Both the position numbers and the translations under genes were made by a program. Shown piece after piece: positions 26,626 to 32,000 of a DNA stretch of 32,000 bases. The stretch is from Promethearchaeota archaeon (GTDB taxonomy: Archaea > Asgardarchaeota > Thorarchaeia > Thorarchaeales > Thorarchaeaceae). The notes below the pieces were generated by a model that saw nothing but the letters and a program-made list of their open reading frames with translations, was not told the origin of the DNA and made no database searches. Where the stretch lies: positions 53,265 to 85,264 of the forward strand of contig JALVPN010000040.1 of NCBI GenBank assembly GCA_027031765.1, given 5' to 3'. Position 1 is the stretch's first letter. Each line of letters begins with the position of its first letter.

Positions 26626-27570
26626 TTGAACGACCTGAGTGACACGCTACAGAACATCAAGATGATTACAGGAGTTGAGAATGTGGTCCTGGTGCAGAAG
26701 GACGGGGTGCCTGTCGCAAGTGCCGGGGTATGGTTTAGCAAGGAAGAGGTCTTTGCCGTTGCATCGTCCGCTTCTGCAATCTTTGGGGTCGCCCGTCTGA
26801 TCCACAACGACTTCAAATACCTCCTGATGGAATCGGACACGTCAAAGGTGTTCTTGGCAGCGCTGCCCAATGACCCCGACTACTTCCTGACAATCACGAC
26901 GGCCCCACGTGTGAACCTTGCTGCACTGTTCATTGAAATGCGCAGAAACCTCTCCCACCTGTCCTTTCTCCTACGACAACAGGCTGAAGGCCGCGCACCA
27001 CCTCTCAGATCGTATAGCCTCGACGAGACCCAGAGGGTGCTCCGGGGGTTTGCCGTTTCAGAAGGTGACGGGACATCGTATGTGCTCTCACGCACAGTTG
27101 TTTCACTTGACCGCAGTCATGCTGTTGCTCTCCGGTCACTGCTCCGACAGATCAGCGACAGCATCCCACGTGTGAGTTCGGTATTCCTATCACTCACCGG
27201 AGGCGTCCGGATTTCGCTGGACGGGTTCACTGATGACCGCCTTGCGGCCATGTCATTTGCGCTGCACGATGCATCGGAGAGAGTAATCCGTACCCTCCGC
27301 AACAGTTCTCTGGCGACTGTTCTCTGTGAAACCGACTCGGTGAGACACTTTACATACTCAGTTCCAAACGGCGTCTTCAGCCTCTGGGTGGAGAAGTCGA
27401 GTCAGAAGCTTGGCTTGATGCGACTGCTCCTGAAACATTTCATCACGGAGATGCGGCGAGTCCTGGCATCGGCATCGGTTGTCAGACCATCCATCCCGGC
27501 AGACCTGAGGGAACTGCTGCTGTCAGGGATTTCCGAAGAGTCAATACTGATGACGAGGCGAGAACAATGA
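26626..27570 (+). CDS. Tandem Roadblock/LC7 (MglB-like) domain protein
   Basis: Domain 1 LQNIKMITGVENVVLVQKDGVPVAS...AVASSASAIFG...NLAALFIEMRR; domain 2 LLRQISDSIPRVSSVFLSLTGG...LAAMSFAL...KLGLMRLLLK. Probable TTG start at 26626 after GGAG. Confidence 0.85.
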   Translation: MNDLSDTLQNIKMITGVENVVLVQKDGVPVASAGVWFSKEEVFAVASSASAIFGVARLIHNDFKYLLMESDTSKVFLAALPNDPDYFLTITTAPRVNLAALFIEMRRNLSHLSFLLRQQAEGRAPPLRSYSLDETQRVLRGFAVSEGDGTSYVLSRTVVSLDRSHAVALRSLLRQISDSIPRVSSVFLSLTGGVRISLDGFTDDRLAAMSFALHDASERVIRTLRNSSLATVLCETDSVRHFTYSVPNGVFSLWVEKSSQKLGLMRLLLKHFITEMRRVLASASVVRPSIPADLRELLLSGISEESILMTRREQ

Positions 27571-28487
27571 CGTACTCGGTTCTCCGGCTGATTGAGGTCA
27601 TGGGTGACCAGTTCTCCGAACTCCTCAACACAGTCCTGACCAGGGTTCCGGTTCTGGTCGTTGGCAAGGACGTTGAACTTGTGGATGACCTTACGGAGAG
27701 CCTTGCTCTCCTGTGCCCACATCGGCGCAAGCTGCTGTTCTGGCGGGACTTCACAACCGAAGAGGAGATACAGACCGTCTGGGACGAGGAGAAACACGAC
27801 TATGAAGTGAGCCGCACTGTGGTCATTGGGCTGGCGTCAAATCTCAGACTTGCTCTTGACAGGATATCACAGTTCATGGGGTGGATAATGTCGGTACCGC
27901 TGGAGATATCAATACTCGGACTACGTGTGACCGAGGACTCGTTATCAGATGTGGTCGACCGGGTTTCAGGTCCCAATGGAAACTGCGGAGTCCTACGCGT
28001 TGAGTCACCTTCGGTAATGGCCTTCTCGCTGGCCCGCCAGAGGACAAGCACCCTTGCTGTCGAGCGGCGCATAGTATCCAAAATCCTGAAGAGGAAGCAC
28101 CAGTCACTTGAGCGTATCCGACGACTCCTCAAGAAGTCACTACGGGGAGTCCCGCAATCAAACAGCCTCCTCAGTGTAGTCCTGCAACTTGACGACGAGT
28201 CGGAGAAGATAACGCGCGACGTCTTTGACGAGGAGATTGGCATCTATGTACATGCGGCCCGCCGTGCTGTAACGCTGCTCTCAAGGATACGACTTGCAAG
28301 AGAGTTTGATGTCCCGGCCGAGCTCACAGAGCGGAACCTCTGCGAGGCCATCGGTTGGGACGGTGGCGCACTGACAGACTTGCTGCAGTTCATGCGTGCC
28401 GAGTGGCATGAGGACTTCTCGGACTGTGTCAAGGGTAGCACCCTGTCCGACCTCGGAGCATGGGTGGACAGTATGTGGGGTGGTTAG
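27567..28487 (+). CDS. Stand-alone DENN-like (folliculin C-terminal-like) protein
   Basis: FSELLNTVLTRVPVLVVGKDVELVDDLTESLALLCP resembles the cDENN core; start overlaps the roadblock stop (ATGA). Confidence 0.7.
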   Translation: MTYSVLRLIEVMGDQFSELLNTVLTRVPVLVVGKDVELVDDLTESLALLCPHRRKLLFWRDFTTEEEIQTVWDEEKHDYEVSRTVVIGLASNLRLALDRISQFMGWIMSVPLEISILGLRVTEDSLSDVVDRVSGPNGNCGVLRVESPSVMAFSLARQRTSTLAVERRIVSKILKRKHQSLERIRRLLKKSLRGVPQSNSLLSVVLQLDDESEKITRDVFDEEIGIYVHAARRAVTLLSRIRLAREFDVPAELTERNLCEAIGWDGGALTDLLQFMRAEWHEDFSDCVKGSTLSDLGAWVDSMWGG

Positions 28488-28488
28488 A

Positions 28489-29079
28489 ATGATAATTGAC
28501 TATGGCAATCGCACGGTTTCGCTCAAGATTGTCTTCTTTGGTCCGGCCATGAGCGGGAAGACGACTGCAATCCGCTGGCTCTTCAATGCCTTTGGATGTG
28601 CTGACCGACTCGTATCAATTGAGAACACCGTTGGACGGACAATGTTCTGTGACTTTGGAACACTGTCGTTTGACCTTGGTGGTGGGTGGCGAATTGACGC
28701 ACATGTGTGGTCAGCCACAGGCCAAGATTTCTACAGATCCACACGAGAAGTTGTGTTGGTCGGCACGGATGGCGTTGTCTTTGTTGCAGACTCGCAGGCG
28801 ATACTATTGAATGAGAACATTGCTAGCTGGCGCGAGCTCACAAGGATGCTGGAAGGAGGCGACAGCACATTCCCAGTGGTCGTGTGTCTGAACAAGCAGG
28901 ATTTGCCGGACTCCATAGACGAGTCCAAGTTCAGGGAATACCTTTCATTGCCAAAGTGTGTCGCAGTCTTCAGGAGCGTTGCAAAGGACGGTGTCAACAT
29001 CCTAGAGGCTTTCGAATACCTCTTCCGCCTTGCGATGCAGTCCAGCTTGCTTGCAACAACGCCGCCAATGGAGATATAG
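28489..29079 (+). CDS. MglA-type small GTPase (Ras superfamily)
   Basis: KIVFFGPAMSGKTT, GRTMFCDF, WSATGQDFY, GTDGVVFVADSQ, NKQD, SVA, collinear with Myxococcus MglA motifs. ATG 28489 lies one base after the DENN stop. Confidence 0.9.
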   Translation: MIIDYGNRTVSLKIVFFGPAMSGKTTAIRWLFNAFGCADRLVSIENTVGRTMFCDFGTLSFDLGGGWRIDAHVWSATGQDFYRSTREVVLVGTDGVVFVADSQAILLNENIASWRELTRMLEGGDSTFPVVVCLNKQDLPDSIDESKFREYLSLPKCVAVFRSVAKDGVNILEAFEYLFRLAMQSSLLATTPPMEI

Positions 29080-29208
29080 ATCAACGCTCCCGCTCACGGG
29101 CTGGCCATCCGTGAGACCACGCAGCCGCCAGTGGTCAGATGGGGCAAGTACACATTGTAGCCGCGGGGCGGCTCACAGATTGAGAACCACAGGCCCTCAA
29201 AGTGCCAC

Positions 29209-29224
29209 GGCCTGTCGACAGGCC
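29209..29224. promoter_or_regulatory. Perfect 16-bp palindrome, operator candidate
   Basis: GGCCTGTCGACAGGCC is its own reverse complement; lies 140 nt upstream of pyrG. Confidence 0.4.
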
Positions 29225-29363
29225 CAAGACTTGCAGTCAGCTGTACCATGCCAGAAATGTTATCAGGACTGTGTTTCATGTCCCGACAAGTGTTGTTGCG
29301 AGCCTGGTCATGGGAGCTCACAGTGCAACTCTTGCTCAACAACAGGCAACGTGGGGGTCTTGG

Positions 29364-31046
29364 TTGAACTCGGCAGAACCGGAAACACGATTTGTCTTTG
29401 TGACTGGTGGCGTGCTATCGGGGATAGGAAAAGGCGTCACCACCGCTTCACTGGCCAAACTGTTCCAGTTCCGGGGTTACACGGTCAGGATTATCAAGAT
29501 TGACCCGTACCTGAACATCGACCCCGGTACCCTGAACCCTATTGAACATGGGGAGGTCTTCGTTACCGACAAGACCTGGGTCTTCGTCCCTGTGCCCGGT
29601 TTTGAGTTCTTGATATCAGAGATTGACCAGGACTTTGGAACATATGAGCGTTTCACCGGGATTGAGGTATCACCTTCTCAGAACATAACATCCGGTCAAA
29701 TCTACATATCGGTAATCTTGGGTGAGCGCAGGGGCTCATTTCTTGGGCGCACAGTGCAGATAATTCCACATGTCACTGATGCAATCAAGAAGAGGATATG
29801 GGAGATAGTCGATACACCGCCATGCCCCGATGTGGTGCTTGTTGAGATAGGGGGGACAGTCGGTGACATCGAGGCAATGCCGTTCCTTGAGGCTGTGCGT
29901 CAGCTGGTCCTTGAAGTGGGGCGGAGCCGTGTTGCCCTTGTACATGTGACACTCGTGCCATACATGAAATCCGTTGGCGAGTTCAAGACAAAGCCGACTC
30001 AACACAGTGTACGGACACTTCAGGGGCTCGGCTTGCAGCCTGACATAATCGTATGCCGCGCGGACAAGGAACTTGGCGATGCTGCGCGCGCAAAGATTGC
30101 CCTTTTCTGCAATGTGCCAGAGAGCCGGGTCATCTCCAACCCGGACATCCCTGTGACCTACGAGCTCCCGCTCTCCTTTGAGCGGCAGGGACTGGGCAAG
30201 ATACTAGTTGAACACTTTCAAATGGAACATCGGAAGCCAGACACGGGATTGTGGGAGCGAGTTGTCAGCACCTTCCAATCATGTACGGGGAGCATTGCCA
30301 TAGCAATGCCAGGGAAGTATACTTCGCTGAGCGACTCGTACAAGAGCATCAATGAGGCCTTGCGTCACGCTGGTGCTGCATGCGGTGTCCGGGTCGATGT
30401 GAGGTGGATTGACACTGATGATGACCCGGATGTCGCCTCACTCCTAGCCCCCATGGAAGGGATTCATGGGATACTGTTGACACCAGGTTTTGGGGCACGC
30501 GGTGTCGAGGGAATGATAAACGCCGCGACAATATCCCTCGACCACGGCATCCCGTTTCTAGGCATCTGCTACGGGGCACAGCTCGGCACCGTCGCTTTCG
30601 CCCGCAAGATGATGGGCTGGAAAGATGCCCACACCACAGAGGTGAACCCTCACACCTCACACCCAGTTGTAGACCTGTTGGAAGAACAACGACGGACTCA
30701 GGATAAGGGGGGGACCATGCGTCTTGGGGGGCAGGAGATACGCATAGTCGAGGGGACACGCCTCCACGAGCTGTACGGGGAGAAGTGCACTCGTGAACGC
30801 TTTCGTCACAGGTACCATCTAATCAATGACTATGTCGACAAGATGCGGGAGAAAGGCATGGTAGTATCTGCATACGATAGCACGGGTCGAATGGTAAACG
30901 CCGTGGAGGTCACAGACCACCCCTTCTGGATAGGTGTCCAGTATCATCCAGAATTCCGCTCGCGTCCTGGTCACCCACACCCATTGTACTTGGGATTCGT
31001 AAAGGCTGCAATTCAACACCAGAAGAGGGGAGGAGGGGCAAGCTGA
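29364..31046 (+). CDS. pyrG: CTP synthase
   Basis: FVFVTGGVLSGIGKGV, KIDPYLNIDPGT, EIGGTVGDIE, KTKPTQHSV, GICYGAQ, ERFRHRY, QYHPEF. TTG start at 29364. Confidence 0.96.
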   Translation: MNSAEPETRFVFVTGGVLSGIGKGVTTASLAKLFQFRGYTVRIIKIDPYLNIDPGTLNPIEHGEVFVTDKTWVFVPVPGFEFLISEIDQDFGTYERFTGIEVSPSQNITSGQIYISVILGERRGSFLGRTVQIIPHVTDAIKKRIWEIVDTPPCPDVVLVEIGGTVGDIEAMPFLEAVRQLVLEVGRSRVALVHVTLVPYMKSVGEFKTKPTQHSVRTLQGLGLQPDIIVCRADKELGDAARAKIALFCNVPESRVISNPDIPVTYELPLSFERQGLGKILVEHFQMEHRKPDTGLWERVVSTFQSCTGSIAIAMPGKYTSLSDSYKSINEALRHAGAACGVRVDVRWIDTDDDPDVASLLAPMEGIHGILLTPGFGARGVEGMINAATISLDHGIPFLGICYGAQLGTVAFARKMMGWKDAHTTEVNPHTSHPVVDLLEEQRRTQDKGGTMRLGGQEIRIVEGTRLHELYGEKCTRERFRHRYHLINDYVDKMREKGMVVSAYDSTGRMVNAVEVTDHPFWIGVQYHPEFRSRPGHPHPLYLGFVKAAIQHQKRGGGAS

Positions 31047-31111
31047 CAATCTGGGGGCCGGTTTTGTGAGCCTTTATTATGCATTTGACGCTACAGTGGC
31101 GTGTGGACTAG

Positions 31112-32000
31112 ATGCATTCATGGGAACACGACTTGCTCAAACTGGTACGCGAGATAGAGCGGGTAGAAACTACAAAACGCAAGTTCGGTGACGCAATGAG
31201 AACAATCAAGGACTCGATTGATTTCTCACGTTTCCGTGCCATAGCGGAGACTACGCTGGAACCGACACTTATTGCCCGAGTAAGTGAAACCTCTCTCTCG
31301 GGGCTACGTATTGCGGGCATAGATGGTGGACTGGTGCGGAAACAATTCCAGTCAATGAACCTGTTGCTCACACGTGGTGTTGCAGTAGTGTTCAGCTTTG
31401 GGCCTGAAGAGGGGCCACATGTGGAGTTCTATCCCGAACCGTTCCCGGAACCGAGAGTTACCCCTGTCCTCCCGATTCTGTCACCTACCGAGCTTGATCA
31501 GATGGCTTCGCTTGAACGTGTTTCCACAGAGCTCCGTGTCGCGTTAGGAGTGCTTGAACGCTTCCGTTCAAACTTGATATTGCTTGACGGGAGCCTATTC
31601 TATCATCCCCGCGACAGGCCCCAGAGAGGGTCACCAGTCTTTGAGAAGTTCCAAGAGGTGCTGGCACTATATCGGCGCATGTATGGACTTGCAATGGAAC
31701 GGAATACAACGCTGGTGGGAGTGGTCAAGGATGGACGTTCGACCCGTGTGACAAGTGTCTTGGGTGATATCCTCCCCCATATTGTGCGCGACCCCGCCAT
31801 TTTCGAGACCATGCAGGATGTGGACTACAGGTGGTTACTCAAGATGTCACGGGACTGCGATGTCCTTGACACTTTCATGGATGTGGGTGAGCGCACCTTT
31901 GCTTTCAGGTACTCTTCGGAAATCAACTCCAGTGTGAATGCTCCTGATGACCTGCTTGCGTGGGCATCATCCATCATTGTGACCTATCTCAAGGCCGCCC
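31112..32000 (+). CDS. nurA: NurA 5'-3' nuclease (DSB resection); C-terminus runs off the window edge
   Basis: Not in the ORF track; hand translation from ATG 31112 (MHSWEHDLLK...) stays open to the end with IAGIDGG, LILLDGSL and LVGVVKDGRS motifs; TTTATTAT box at 31073-31080. Confidence 0.88.
   Translation, partial: MHSWEHDLLKLVREIERVETTKRKFGDAMRTIKDSIDFSRFRAIAETTLEPTLIARVSETSLSGLRIAGIDGGLVRKQFQSMNLLLTRGVAVVFSFGPEEGPHVEFYPEPFPEPRVTPVLPILSPTELDQMASLERVSTELRVALGVLERFRSNLILLDGSLFYHPRDRPQRGSPVFEKFQEVLALYRRMYGLAMERNTTLVGVVKDGRSTRVTSVLGDILPHIVRDPAIFETMQDVDYRWLLKMSRDCDVLDTFMDVGERTFAFRYSSEINSSVNAPDDLLAWASSIIVTYLKAA

Noticed and set aside
31112-32000. nurA apparently separated from herA-mre11-rad50
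   Set aside because: The gene runs off the window; partners may lie immediately downstream.

Overview
Archaeal chromosomal window with no CRISPR array, integrase or IS element. The lineage is most likely Asgard and Thorarchaeota-like. This is an inference from elf1, PolD DP2, eukaryote-like RPA, a GPN GTPase, a roadblock/small-GTPase locus and an intron-containing tRNA. Most genes are housekeeping: phosphoesterase (partial), SWIM protein, engB, lhr, elf1, sufS, rpa, DP2, rps12-rps7, lsm, DUF460, ArsR, tRNA-Asp(GUC), HD hydrolase, HTH regulator, GPN GTPase, trm11, UPF0200/UPF0201, thpR, pyrG and nurA (partial). The stand-out locus is a coupled three-gene operon at 26.6-29.1 kb: a double-roadblock protein, a stand-alone folliculin-like DENN protein and an MglA-type GTPase. 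It resembles a prokaryotic Ragulator/FLCN/Rag module. Other notable items are a 36-aa membrane miniprotein resembling eukaryotic OST4 (below the ORF-track cutoff), an OST48/Wbp1-like membrane protein ending in KKxx, twin covarying hairpins, two candidate structured ncRNAs and two probable CTG start codons. All family assignments are by motif recognition from memory; no database search or folding program was run.
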